Part shown: in pieces, positions 12,401 through 27,400 of the stretch | Numbering within the stretch: position 1 is the stretch's first letter | How the letters are laid out: each line of letters opens with the position of its first letter | The notes under the pieces: model-generated | Told to the model about the DNA's origin: nothing | Seen by the model: the letters and a program-made list of their open reading frames with translations, nothing else | Database searches by the model: none | Translations under genes and position numbers: made by a program | NCBI GenBank assembly: GCA_028711115.1 | Contig: JAQTSV010000001.1 | Span: 1,496,928 to 1,560,927 of the forward strand | Length of the DNA stretch: 64,000 nucleotides | Direction: 5' to 3' | From: Candidatus Omnitrophota bacterium | GTDB lineage: Bacteria > Omnitrophota > Gorgyraeia > Velamenicoccales > JABMQK01

Positions 12401-15400
12401 TCCAGTTTTCTTTTAACTCTGTTCTCCAGAATAATACCTGCGAAGATATCTCTGAGGACATTCTATATTGTATTGATTTGATATAGCTCCTCTCCCACGA
12501 ATATCCATTATCATTGACTATTACTGTATAACCTTTTTTCGCCAAGCCTTCTATAATTCCGACCCAATCTATTTTATCAATATAATGCTTATTAATATTT
12601 CCTAAAGGATTGAGGAATACACATTTTTTATTTTCTGCACCATGATCAGACAACCAAGTGTGCGCTTCTATTGATGGTGTATCATCTAGGCTAGGCGTTA
12701 ATAAAACAACTTCTTCATTAGGTACTATAAATCCTTTTCTGCGCAACGCCTCTCTGGCTGCCTGGCGATATACATAGCCTTGCGATAATAAATGTTTTAT
12801 ATCTGACCTAAGATCTAAAATATTTTTACCTATTAGGCATCTTGCAGATAGATTTATTACTAAATCGTAACTATCGGAAGAAGGATCTATATCCTCTGCC
12901 TTTTCTTCTAGAAAAACAACTCTTTCATCAACGCGCAACTCTTGATAAGAATCGAGATTAACTGGCTTAATCCTGTTATTAACTGTTCGTACGTTTGAAA
13001 GGGGACAAAGAGCATGCACTGCTAATTTGCCTTCCTCTCTTGAAGCCAGGCGAGGAAAACTATCCAAGCAGGCCCTGATGGTCACGGGGACAAGGCATAG
13101 CGCCATGCCCCAGGAAGCATTTCCCATATGAATAAGAACTTTTCTGGTGTTAGAAAAATCTATCTCCACCGGTGATGATGCGGCGCTCATTGTCGTTATA
13201 ATTAATTTTTCGCGCCTTATTTTCTTCGATTTTCCTGAATGCGGCAAATCTTGCGGCCTGGCTATGGTAAACGTTTCGTTCTTTGACCTTACTAAAACAA
13301 ATTCCTCATAGCTTGCGGTTTTTAACCCGGAACCTTCCATCGCAAACAGCATTGGCCTTTCCTGGCTTTCTGTTATGTAAACAGCGCAGAGCGCTTTAGG
13401 ATTATCTTGCCTTAGAAATGCTGCCGCTTCTTTTATAAATCTGGTTAAAGTCCTGTAATCCGGATCATAAAATGCGTAATCCAATTGGGAAACACCGAAA
13501 TGTTCCTGCGGTTTATTAAACCATGGTGGTGCGAATATAATTTTATCGAATAAATTCCTGTTATCCCTCAACGGATCAAATAAATCTCCTTCCAAAAGGT
13601 TTGACGGAAACCCAAAGCGCCTGAAATTTATCCTGGCAAGCGTTAGCGCCTCGGAATTTATATCCGTGCTTACAACATCACCCGCGCCTAATTGATACGA
13701 CCTTATGCCTAAGATTCCGGTGCCTGTGCCCATATCCAAAACCCTGTCGCCGGGCTCGATTATATTTTCCAGCTTCCAGGCGAATAATTCTCCCATTTCA
13801 GCGCAGTAGTGGTGCGGATCCAAAGCGTGCGGGCCAACCTGAATTTTCCCTCCCAGAACAGGAATATATTTTTTCTGCCAAGAGTGGGAAACAATTAAAG
13901 GAGAGGAAGTTTTCAAAATTAGGCTCTCCCCTGTCATTTCTTTGGGCTGCTGTTCGTTTATAACGCCCATAATATTCAACATATGAATCATTGTGGGCGC
14001 GACATCGCTTAAACCGCCGCCTTGGCGTAAGGAAATCTTTCCTAAACGAGCTGCCGGATCAACGACAAAACACGGAACCGGCGCAGTGCTATGGGATGTA
14101 TCTTCTTTACTGACTTTTTCTGCGTTGCCGTGGTCAGCAATACCCAATATAACGCCGCCGATTTCTTTATTGGCGTCCTTTAATATTCCAAAACATTTAT
14201 CTACCGCGGCAATGGCCTTTATGGTAGCCGGAATACTTCCGGTATGACCTACCATATCGAGATTTGATATATTAAGGATAATAACATCATACTCTCCGGA
14301 GAGCATCCGCTCTTTAATCTGTTCGGTAAGTTCGTACACGGACATTTCGGGTTTCAAATCAAAGGTTGCCACATTAGGCAAATCAACACATATAGTATCT
14401 TCACCCGGGAATTGTATATTTCTTCCGCCGTCAAAGAAAAAGTGCACATGAGGATATTTGGTAGTATCAGAACCGCGCAACTGCTTAAGCCCTAATTTAG
14501 AAATAAATTCACCGAATGTATTGGTCAATATTTGTCCCACAAATGCCACCGATAAATTTTTAAAGGCATCGAACTTTTCATCATACACTGTCATCGTAAC
14601 CCATTTGACCTTTGGTCTTACCTTACGCTCAAAACCTATAAAATTATCATCCATAAATGCCTCTGTTAACTGTATACCTCGTTCATTGCGATGGTTGACA
14701 AAAATCACCACATCATCATCGTGAATTACACATTCTTCGCCGATGAGCGTAGTAGGTATGATAAATTCATCCGTATCTTTATTTGTTTCCTTATCGTAAA
14801 AATATTCCAATACCTCTACAGGATCGTCTGTTTGTGCTCTATTTCCTTTTGCCTGAGTGAGCAAGTCATACATTACCTGTGTCCTATCCTTCCAGAATTT
14901 ATCTCTATCCATAGTATAGTATCTACCGCTGAGTGTCGCAATTATACCAATTAATATTTGCCGTATCTTTTCCTTTAATAAACGCATCCTCTTTGCTCCA
15001 TCTGTAGGCGGCGAATCACGCCCGTCGGTAATAGCGTGAATCAACACTTTGTCTTTATCAATGCCTTCTTTCTTGGCTAATTCCAAAAGGGCATAGAGAT
15101 GCTCATCGGATCCATGCACGACTGCGCGGCTGACAAGGCTTATGAGATGAACTTTGCTGCCTTTTTCTTTTGCAAAACGCATTGCTTCTACTAATGCCGG
15201 ATTTTTAAAGAATGACCCATCTTCGATTGCCCTATTTATCAACACCAAATTTTGCAGCGGTTTTGTGCCTGTGCCGATTGTCTTATGCCCGTCATTAGAA
15301 TTACCCATCGCGCCCTTGGGAAGCCCGACTGCTTCGCCCGATGCCTGCAGTGTAGTAAAAGGCTGACCTTTCATTACGCTGTCGAGATTGGGTGTGAGGC

Positions 15401-18400
15401 CTTGCTTGCTCGCTAAGTAAATAGGATTATCTTCGGCTTCTGGCCCTATTCCCATACCGTCGAATATGGCTAAAAGAAGTGTCGGCTTTCTAGATTTTGT
15501 TACTGGTGAAGAAGCTACTCCGTTGGCATCGGCTCGCTCAATCTTTCCTTTTGCCACAATAAGCGAGCCTTCGCGCAAACCACTTTCAATAACACTATTA
15601 AAATATAATTCAATATCATCCTGGCCGGCTACTGCATCGACAGGTAACATCTCTAATCCCAGGCGCTTCAGTTCAGAATTCAAAACTTTCGATATTGCCT
15701 GATACATATTACGCATAAATATTTCTGCTACTTGCAATTTACCGTGATCAAGAAGAACCGTACAATAACGAAGAGGCGTGTAGCCTGTCCCTGATTTAAG
15801 AATTCTTTGTATCTGGCGGCCAACAGCATACTCAGATAGCTCTTTGTCGGTAAAATATTCATCGAGATTTTTAAGATAGGTTAGCATTTGTAAGACGCGC
15901 GTTGCTTTATGTATCACCTCACGATTAGTGATAGAACCTTTTTTGGTATTTTTATCGAGCCTTACGTGGGCAGTTAGACCTGTTTTTTCTACTTCTACTT
16001 CAGTTATAAGCTCTAAGAGTTTAATGACAAAATCTAATCGACCTTGATGCACAGAGACAACTCCTTTATCAGTTACTTCAGTAGCACCCTCAAATTCCGC
16101 GAAATCGACCTCGACCTTTCGGTCGGCGGGAGTTATGTCGACAAAAACTTTGGCTGTATGAACCCCTAAGTCAACAAAGAACCACGCTTTTGTCCCGGCA
16201 AATATAGTGTACATATTTGTGCCTCTAAGTTTAGGTTGAATAAGGGCCACTTTAGAAGCAATCTCTCTTCCCACTGAAAATTCGCGACTAATGGTATCTT
16301 CTAAATCGATAACACGCACGTGCTCTGCATATGGAATTTCCGTCTTATCTTCATCGACTATAATACTTAAAAGACGGCCGGATATATGCCCAAGTTCCTG
16401 GCGCATCTTCAACCAATCACCTCCTATGGCCTGACGGAACACCCCAAAAATACCTTCCAAGATTTCCCTGTGTATGGAATTAACGAAGTGATTTAATCTG
16501 TCGCGACTTACATCGGACTGAATTTTTTGTAATTCTTCAAATTCTTTTGCATACTTACTCTCAATGCCCGCCATCTTTTCATGCTGAGCAAGCATTTCTC
16601 TAATAATATCAAAGATATTATTATAATTTAATGTATCTGCTCCGATAAGCCGAAGCACTTGAGAATTTAATTCACAGAATGCAATAAAATTAGCCACCCA
16701 ACCTTTTATTTTTGCTAAAGTTTCAACGGATGAATCTTCGACTACAACAGGTTGATAGGCCGTAAGGCAGCGTGTTAGTCTCGTAGTGCATCTTAGACTT
16801 TGTAACTCTGAAGAAATATCGTCTATAAGATAAGCCGGAAGATGAACAGGAGAAATATCTTCGGGGTCAGTAATAATATCCGTATATCGTAAAGTAGAAA
16901 TTATATCATTTGGCTTAACTGAAACAGTTTTGCCTCCCACATACAAAAACGTACCTAATTTAGAAAGTTGGATTAATATACTAACTTCTTTTTTAATCCT
17001 CTCTGCCAATTCCTGGGCGCGGGCGATAGTTTCTGCATTGAGTTTTTTATTTGCGGCAATTTCAGCCTTGCATTTCTCGGTATTATCGCTAAGTGCCTGG
17101 AGGTATGCAAAATCCCCCTCATTGGCAGCGCCTTCTAATATATCTTTTGTGGCGTCGCTTAATATATCATTGATTGTTTCATAAGAATTGTATGTTGATT
17201 CGGCTAAGACTGCTTCAGTGTGGGTTAATCCTTCAATGTGTTCGAGGAGTTCATGAATAATAAGCTGGGCAATAATATGCGGATATTTTTTGCCTGCTCT
17301 ATCGTAGTAAGCCTGCGTAATATTTATATGCAAAATAAGTTCGTTATTTTCTATAGTATATGTTGTGATTACGGGTATCGGCCTTCCGGACGATTTTGTA
17401 ATAAATCCTTGCGGCGTACCATAAGGAATGAGATTAACGCGGAACTGTTTAATGCGGGGGTTTTCTATTTCTTGTTTATCGATAATGACGTTTCTTTTTA
17501 CATCTACTTCCTCTGCGGCAAACAACCTTAAGATATTTGCAGGCGGGCCCTGAGGAATAATAATAGAGCCGACTAAATAGCTGATGATTTCGCTGTTTAA
17601 GGCAACTTCGCGTCCTTGGGCGCGGATAATCTGATTGATGTCAGCTACCAGTATATCTATTTCTCCCCGGACAATATCTCTGCCAATGGGTTTCTTGGCA
17701 TCAATTCCATATTGCCTGTTTGGTGTAATCGGCGAAGAGGATTTCTTGGGAAAAGCAGAAACCACTGACGATTTTAATGTAGGATCAAACCCTCTCACAT
17801 CCATCATTCCTATTCTAACTAATTCATCATCAGAGTAAGCCCTGTTAGTTGTTGAATTTCTTAAGAAATCCTTTATGGTAAAAGATTTATCAAGTTTACC
17901 TCTTAACCCACAGCCATATATATTAGCAAGGTCATCGGTAAGCAGGACATAGCCGTATTTTAATAGATGTATAATTGCCTGCCACTGGCTACCTGTCTGT
18001 CCTGTTATAGTCTTAATAATATGGCCAGGATATCCTATTTCATTCTTACCTTGTTTTTCTTTATTAAAAAACTGTATGAATGTCGGATCAACCAGATAAT
18101 GCTGTTTTCCATCGCTTACTACGACAAATGCATGTTGTTCTCCCTTAAATATTTCTTTGGCCTGGTGTGTTCTAATCTTTATATTCATACCCGATAAGCA
18201 GGTAATGCTAATTAAAAACTCTAGGCTTCTGACAATGTATGACTGTGCCTCACCGCAATAATCCTCAAGACTTTCAGCAGAAAAGATAGAATGTTTTCCA
18301 AGATTAGCATTTAAAGAAGCATCTTGTTTTGCTAGAGAATCTCGAAAAGCCGTTCTAAAATCTGCTACTGCTTGTTTAATAATATCCTCAAGGCTAACTA

Positions 18401-21400
18401 CCTTTTCAACACGAATCTTAGAAGTTGTGACTAAGAATGGTATTGTGTAGCCTTTTCTTTTAACTAATTCCTCAGTGTAAATATTAGGAGAATTCCTTAT
18501 GGCGCTCGGCAACCGCATTAATATAGTATCCCAACTGGTTTCCTCTCTAAATTTTTCGACTATCCAGTCCATCCAGCGCTGGTTGGCTTCCACGCCAAAA
18601 CCACCGGATAGAGCGCCAAGGTCTTCTCTTTCGCCTACGGATAAGAGCGTTATACCTTTTATGTTACGCAGCATATTATCATTGCCGCCTTCAAAGAGTT
18701 CGTTTCCGCAGAAGAGTATTGATTCTGGATTAAGGTTGTAGGTTTTGATGAAGTGCCTGGCTGAGCGTTCCTTGTCATTGCCGATTAAGACGAACTTTAT
18801 GCCTCTGGCACCCGGGAATGGTATGTTTATGCCGGCCTTGCCAAGATCTGAGAGGCTGTTGTTTTCCAAGAGGCGTTTCTTGGCGTATTCGATAAGGGCT
18901 TTGCGTACTCTCTTTGCCTTGTCTGTCTTGTAGGGTTCTGCCGAGGTATCTCCTAACATCATCCAGCTGGTTGAGCCGCCTCTAAAGTAGGTCTCGGAGA
19001 TGTCTTCGAATCCTTCTTGAACTAAGATCTTCTTCATCTCACCAAGGATACCTTGTTCTATATTGATAGGATTAATGCCTTGAGGTAAGGAAGAGTTATG
19101 TCTTTCCAGGAATTCTGTGCCTTCTTGTATGCGTTTAGCGATACGCTCATCTTCTAAGTTGTCTGTCTTGTATATGGCTGCCAGGGACTTTGCGTATTCG
19201 ATGCTTCCGATGACTGCAATGGCCTGGGCATCACTGAACAAACAGGCAAATTCCTTATCATAAGTCCACTTGCCTTCCTGGAAGTCATAGTAGTAGCGGT
19301 GGCTGCCGTCTCCGCCATAGAACATGACGTGAGTTAGGACATCTTTGGGCAACCTGTAGAGTATGCGTTTACCGAGTTTTTCAATGGCAACACCGCTCAT
19401 GGGTATCCAGGCAAGGTTATAACCCTTTAATATACGGATAAATTTGGCTAAACCTTTAATCCATTCATCGGTCGGAGAATAACCTGATTCAAGTACAGTA
19501 TCATCTATGTCAGTAAGTATGGCGCCGGTAAAGGCTGGATGGGTTATGGGGGAGGAAGAAATTGTAATATTCTTCCCCCAGGCAAACTGAACTCTGTATG
19601 GATCTCTGGTTAAATCCGGAGCAAATTCTATCCATGCTAAATCTAAAATAGCCTTATTAAGAATAAAATCTGAAATTCCGCTTAAACGATAACCTAAACG
19701 CCACGGCGCAACAGCATACACAGAAAATGCGTGGCCCGGATTAAAATGCTGCCATAATCTTAGTTGGGTTACTGCCGGTGTAATTAAAATAGTTTTTATT
19801 CCTTGCTGGCGCGCGTAATCTTCCAAAACCAAAAGCAACATTCTAACCCAATCTTTATATCGCTCTCGTAGATTAGGACCTAATCTTCTAAAGATATCCG
19901 ATTGGATATTGGTCGCGACAATCATATCGCCAATAATGCGAAATTCGACATACCCGAATGCGCCAGGCTTATGCCCCGAATACAAATCTTTGTAATGATC
20001 TTTCTTGCGTATAATCTTCAAATCCTCGTCAAGCGGAGATAAAACCAGTGCCAGGCGTTCATCGCGAGAGCCGCGTTCTTCAGGCAAAACGCTAAAACAG
20101 CCGCCAAAGAAATTTACATCGCCTTGCTTTTGTGCGCTTATTGTTTCCTGATAAAAACGGCTCCTAAACCAATCCTCATTTTTCATAAATGCCTCGGCAA
20201 CAGAACCGACATATCCCGACGCAATATCCCACTGCGTGAGTAACTTACGAACAATATTTTGATTGGTTCTTTGAACTGCAAACGCTACATCTCTAATATA
20301 CTCACTGGGAATACCCCACTCAAATATCAATTTTTCAACCATTTCTTTACCAACTGCTTGCACAGCTAAAGCGACACGCACCAGGCGCGATTCAGGTATT
20401 TTATATTTACTTTGCAATTCTTGGATAACATCTGCCCCTGCGATCTTACTTGCTTGGGCGGTTTCGGACTCCGAAGAAGATTTTCCTCCAACAAGAGGCC
20501 CTTTTCTTTCTTCGGACGGATATAATGCACAGGCAGCTTCAGCAATGCTAATTTTATTACTAATAATATAATCAACTGCTTCATCATTAAGGCCGGCAAG
20601 AGCAATAATTAACTCGCTTTCTTGTTCGGTATAGCCCGCCTGTATCAATCTGGCGCGCAGTTTAACAATATGTTCTATCGGACTGGAGGATAATTCATCT
20701 GCTTTTCCCGGCATCATCTTTAATATGTCATTCCACTTGGTTCCCTGTTGCAATTGTTCAATTATCCAATCCATCCAGCGCTGGTTGGCTTCTACGCCAA
20801 AACCTCCGTGTATGGCGCCCGGGTCTTCTCTTTCACCAACGGATAAGAGCGTAACGCCAGGAATATTTCTTAACATATTGTCATTTCCGCCTTCAAAGAG
20901 TTCGTTGCCGGCAAACAGCACTGACTCAGGTTTAATACCAAAATGTTTAAGCAGGTGGCGCGCAGAGCGTTCTTTATCATTTCCGATTAAGACGAATTTA
21001 ATTCCTCTGGCGCCAAAGAACGGTAGGCTAATACCTACTTTACCTAAATCTGAGAGGTCATTATGTTCTTTCAGGCGTTTGCCGGCATAATCAAAGAGTT
21101 CTTTTCTGGTATCTACTGCGTGAGGCTTCTGGTATGGTTCTGCAGCAATATCACCAAGCATCATCCAGCTCACTGAACCGCCTCTGAAATAAGTCTTGGC
21201 ATCTTCAGGTTTAAAACCGCGCAACTTTAAAATTTCCTTCATCTCACCTAATATGCCAATTTCAGGATTAATAAGTTTAATACCTTCAGCCAATCCAGCA
21301 TTATGTTTTTCGATAATAGTAAGGGCTTCTTGTATAGCTTCGGTGACACGAGAGTCATTTACATCTTCTATTTTTAATATCTTGGCAAGTGCCTTGGCAT

Positions 21401-24400
21401 ATGCCTTTACGCCGATAACAGCAATGCCCTGTGCATGGCTGAAAATACTGGCAAATGATGGATCAGAAACCCACTGCTTGGTCTTAAAGTCATAGTAGTA
21501 GCGGTGGCTGCCGTCTCCGCCGTAGAACATTACATGAGTTAAAACATCTTCAGCTAATTCGGCTAACCTATATAAAATACGTGGGCCAAGTTTCTCAATG
21601 GCAACACCGCTGACCGGTATCCAGGCGATTTTGTGTTTCTTTAAAATGCGGATAAATTTGGCCAATCCTTCAATCCATTCATCGCTGGGCGTGACTCCTG
21701 ATTCAACTGCTGTATCATCGATGTCGGTAAGCCAGACGCCATCCAACTTTACCACACCAAGCTCTCTTATTCTTCTCTTAAAATCAGCCTGTACACTATC
21801 CCTGACAGGGTCTTCCACGGGGAGGCCGCGGTCTGCGTAAGGGTCATTGATGCGCGCCAGGGCAGTATTAATGGATTCTTCCAGGCTACGTATATTATCA
21901 ATAACTAAAGTTTCAGTGAGACCTGCCATCTCAACCAACCGGTCGTGACTCTGCCTTATGGTTACAAATTTAGCCTGGTAACGGCCTGCTCCGCCTCGGG
22001 CTTCTCTTCCGGCATAGCGTAAGAAATGTTCCTCCTCATTACTGATGCTGGAGATAATCCAGACGATGTTCGCCTTTTCAAAATACTCCTCAGGCAACAG
22101 CCCTGGGATAAGCGGCACACCTTCGATAACTGCGGATGTTCCTTCCTTGATAAGCCTGTCTAAGGCAGCCATGACATTAACCATGGTCATAATGGAATGT
22201 TCATAGTACCACTCCAATTCAGGCTTATTAAAAGAAGAACCGAATACTTCAGGGAAGGCTTTTTTGGCGCGGTCTTTGCCCAAAAGCCAAATTGACGTCT
22301 TTCTAAAACCTTCTCTGGCACCCACGTCAGTGGAGAAACATGTTGGAATAGATAATCTCTTGGCAATGTGAGAAGCTATTTTAGACTTGCCTGCGCCAGA
22401 AGCTCCAGCAACAAGTATAATGGTGGGACGGGTAAGGCTTTTTACTTTTTTAACAGGATAAAGTTTCAAAAATAGCAAGCGCACGAAATAATAAAACTCG
22501 TCCTGTGAAATCTGGCTGAGCACTTTACCGGGTATATCAGGATATTCATAGAAAGATTTTTTAGCCCATTCTTCTGTACTCCACCATTTCTCCAGAAAAC
22601 CGTAGTAATCCTTTATCAATTTATCAACGCTATCCTCCCATGTTGATAAAGTCCGGCGCACATCTTGCACTTCATAAGACTTAAGCACATCTTCAGGCGG
22701 AAGCTTAACAATGAGACGTTCTAATGAGGCCTTTAAATCATCCAGAGTTTTATCATCGGCAAAAGCCTTCTCAACCAATGTAGATGCTATGCCATAGCGC
22801 TTCACTAAAACATCGCACAATTTCTCACGTGCCTCAGAAAAGAGAGTGCGTTTTAAATCTTGCCTTAATATTTCTAAATCGCGGACCTTAGCCCTATCCA
22901 TAGTCCTGATAGCTTTATACGCCTGACGACGTGCCGTATCATAATTAGAGCCCCTAAGGACAGCGAGCCTTCCCAAGAGCTCACAGTGCATACGCCTTAT
23001 CTGGCTAAGATACAAACTTATTTTCCCCAAGGTATTACTGTTATCCTGTAAAATCGCATGAATAACATCGCTGGGTATATCTCTGGCGGCAGCAATAAAT
23101 CTTTGCACTTGTTCTTGCAGAAATTGTTCTCTCTGGGTTTTGTCGGTTAATTCCTCGGGTGGTTCTATGCGTAACAATGCAGCGAGGCTTTTTGTATCTT
23201 TTGCAAGGAACCTATTAATTTCTTCCTGAACCCGTTCTACGCCTGGATGTTTACCATTGGTAACTGGGCTGCTGGAACCATTTTTGCCTTCTTCTTCATC
23301 CTGAATATAAATCACCAATTCTTCCCGTCTGCGGTCCAAATCAGCATTTACACTATCCCTGACAGGGTCTTTCACAGGGAGGCCGCGGTCTGCAAAAGCA
23401 TCGCTAACGCGCTCCAAGGCAGTGTTAATGGATTCTTCCTTGCTACGTATATTATCAATAACTAAAGTTTCAGTGAGGCCTGCCATTTCAACCAACCGGT
23501 CGTGACTCTGCCTTATGGTTACAAATTTAGCCTGGTAACGGCCTGCTCCGCCGCGGGCTTCCCTTCCGGCATAGCGCTCATAGTGTTTATCCGGATCGCT
23601 GACGCTGGAGACAATCCAGACGATGTTTGCCTTTTCAAAATACTCCTCAGGCAACAGCCCTGGGATAAGCGGCACACCTTCGATAACTGCAGAGGTTCCT
23701 TCTTGGATAAGCCTATCGATAGCGGCCATGACATTAATCATGGTCAGAATGGAGTGGCCGTAGTACCATTCCATGTCTGGCCTGTCGAATGAAGAACCGA
23801 ATACTTCAGGGAAGGTTTTTTTGGCGTGGTCTTCGCCGAGAAATAAAGAGAAAACCTTGCGGACTGCTTCGCGGGCACCAGCATCAGTAGAAAAACGGGT
23901 AGAGATGGATAACCTGCTTGAAACAAGTACCGATATGGTACTTTTGCCTGTGCCTGAAGCACCAGCAATTAAAACTACAGTGGGACGACTAAGATCCTTA
24001 AGGCGCGGGACATGATGAAAGCGCGGGAACAACCACTTAATAAGATCATGTAATTCTTCTATTGTAACTTGCTGGCGTATTTCTTCAGAAACAGAAGAAT
24101 CATTATAGAGCAATTCCATTTCATCTTTTCTGAAATCATCCCAAGCAGTAAGCAAAGAGGCATATCTTTCTATCAATTCATTAATTCCATCCTCCCAGCC
24201 ACGGATGATAACATCGCACCTAAGCTGCTCTATTTTTCTTTCTCCTTTCTTTACCGCTTTATTGATAATTCTTTGGGTAGCTTCTTTAAGTTTTACCAGC
24301 GTATCGGCATCTTTAAGCTGGCTTACTACAAATAGCTCGGAAACATTGCAATCCTCAACAAAGAATTTGCTGAGTACCGCTTTTAATTCCGGCAATAAAA

Positions 24401-27400
24401 TATTTTCGATATCCCTCAGCTCAGCTATGGTTCTCTCTACATCAACGGCCAATCCATTCTTTTCTTCTTTTTCGTCTTCTCCGTATTCTTCTTTATCTTT
24501 TTCCTCATGTTTTCCTTTTTTCTTTTCTAATACTTCTTTGGCAATCTTGCGCGCTTCATCATAATTATATTCTCTGAGCATTGCCAGACGCCTTACAATT
24601 TCATACTGAATAGCTCTAATCTTGATAAGGCTGTTTCTGGTATTTCGCAAATCGCCAATATGATTATTGAATAATTCCGCTATACATGTATCTGGTATAA
24701 GGCTGGCGATAGCGGCTTTTCTTTCTGACAATGCAGCAAAGCGGGCCTTTTCTTCCCTAATTCTACTTAGCGGCGGCGCCAAAATTCCGGCACCAGCCAT
24801 TGTCTTGACATCCAATACGCCTTCTGTAAGAACAAGCGGCCTGACCTGCACAACATACAACACGCCGTTTCTCTTGACTGCCTCCAGTTCGACAGGTATG
24901 CCGTATAAACGGTGGTAGCCGCGTGCCACTTTTGCCATATGCACCTGTTCTTTGTCTGTCAACACTGGCTTGTTTTGTTCTCTGCCGGCAACAGGAACTC
25001 TCGTTACGCCAAAACCATTTTCAGTATTGAATACAAATCTTTCTCTCTTTTGCGGTGCGGATCGAGTATAAGCTGTCTCTGTCATCAAATTAACTACATA
25101 TAAATCGCTGTCAACTTCTCCGGAGACTAATCCTATTCCGGCGCCGTATGCCGCGCTGATAACTGCTTCTTTCCAGTTTAATTCCATCGCGTTGATGGAC
25201 GAAACAACCATACTGGCATCAGCCTCGACCTGATGATGGATAAGAACTGGCTGCGTAGCGTCAACTCTGCCCATCTCAACCCAATAATAAGCTGAACACT
25301 TAAGGATGTGTCCTAATAGCAATTTACTTCCACGTATATAGGGATACGATATAAAACGGCCTGCCATGGCAGCTTCTGGTCTGTCTTCATATAGCGAAGA
25401 AGACCTAACCACCACAAATACGCCGCCTTCCCTTAAATAAGCATCGTGCAGCGCCTTCTTAAGATCCTTTTTAACATTCAGCGCCTGAATGATTTCTCCT
25501 AATGTGGCTGGCTGAGCTTCGCCTTTTTTATGTTTATCTATGATGGCACTAATGACTAAATCGCGTTCCTTGCCTGGCTCGAATGCAATATCAATAAGCC
25601 TTCTGATTTCTTCTATCTTATCCTCTAACGGAATAAGGCGTTCTAATTCATGGTATTTTACGGCAATTTCTTCTTCTGAGGGGTTAACCATTCTTAAGCA
25701 CAACTGCGTAATCCTAACAAGCTTTGCATTATGCGGAATGCTCTCTCTAAGAATTTTCTGTATCTCTTCCACAATCTTGGCATTCGTATCAAGAAGCTGC
25801 TGAATACCTAATCGCGTCATCACAAAACCATCAGGTATCTCTACGCCAAACTGAGTGGTATTGCGGATTTCCCCTATCTCAGCAGCTTTATTGCCAAGCA
25901 AGCCCGCCAAATAACTGCCTGCCTGCGCCAGACCTAATACGTTTCGGGATTCCGAAAGTTCAATCCGTGCGATTTCTTCTCTGATACAGGAGTCAACCCG
26001 CTCAGCCAACTGCCTTACTCCTTGGCCGCGATAAGTAATATAGGTATGTAAAGACTCCGACTGGCGGATAGCCCGTACTGCCCATCCAAAATCGCGCGGC
26101 TTAAGCTCGCCCCTGTCTAATTTTTGCTCAATGATTTTTAAATCTTCTATGGACTGCTCACGGAATATTTCTATCCTGTCTCTATAAAGATTTTGCACTG
26201 TTTCAATCTCGTCTGTGAAATCTCTGGGCGTAAACCCTAAGCGCTCTTTTAATAATCTGACCATTTTGTTAAAATCCCTTAAGTTGTTGCCTAACTGATA
26301 ATAAGTAAACACAACCTCGGTAAGATATTCTGTTTTGGGAATGCGCATTTGTGCTAATCTTATCCACTCCTGGACGCGTTGTTCATAGATACTTAGGGCC
26401 TGTACAATGTAATCCTTAATTTGCTCTGCAAGTTGCGGCACTGGATGGGAAATAAGCCGTTCGATAATGGCAGCTTTATACTCATCATTGGTCAGTATAT
26501 TCTCTATTAAAATCTGCTGAACAATAAACTTCATCAGTTCTATATTTCTTGTGGTAATGATAGCCAAAAGCAGTTGCTTCAAAAAGAAATTATGCTTTGT
26601 CTGTTCAAGGCGCACTAAGGCATTGTATATAGTTTGAACTCTGACCCTGAAATCCTGGGCGACATCAAAAGAGGCGCCAACCGCAGTCACTGACTTCTGG
26701 TAGGTGTTAATAGTAATTATGTCTCCTTCGTAAATAAACACTTTTACCTCGGCACCCGTATCATCCGTAGTAACAATCTCAAGGGCATATTCTTCGCCAA
26801 CTTTTACCCATTGTGCCGAAGGAACAATGACGCTGGGCCTGCCAGCTGACTTCAGGGTTAATTGTGCGTGGTCTAATGGCGCTCCACCGCGGGTTAATGA
26901 ACCTTTTGCCTCCATGGCCTTGCGCACATCGCCAGGAACTAATGTATCATCAAAGAATATAGCATCTCTAAAATCCTTAGGAAGTTTTTGACTGCTATTT
27001 CGCATAAGCCGACCAGTAGCAATTCCCCTAGATGATATAGTAACCTCGTGTATGGCTACACCTTTAGGCATTGACAGGCTGGCAAACGGTGAAACAAATT
27101 CTTTCCCAACCACAAAAGACGTATCGGATAAATAGCCGAATCCTTTCAATTTATTTTCTAAACGCGCGGCGTCATCGATAACATTTGACTTTCCGAAAGG
27201 CATTTCTAAATGCATGCCTTCCACAACAAAAGCAAATTCAATATCCCCCGATTCATAATCTCTTAAAACGTAAAATGTTGTTGTGATTGGTAAAGTTTCT
27301 AAAGAAACTGTCTCCAGGCGGCCTTCCGGTAATTCTCTTATAATCTTAAACTGATTTATGGATGGATCAATGCGGCGGGCGATTGCAGCACAAGATATAA

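Noticed and set aside
17238-17255. IIHELLEHIEG in module 15516-17726 as an HExxH zinc-metalloprotease motif.
   Set aside because: The spacing is H-E-x-x-x-H, not H-E-x-x-H, and there is no downstream third ligand motif.
24440-24540. The Lys/Glu-rich low-complexity stretch (EKKKGKHEEKDKEEYGEDEKEEK) as a separate feature or module boundary.
   Set aside because: It lies inside module 23277-27473 without a junction motif and looks like an ordinary charged inter-domain linker.
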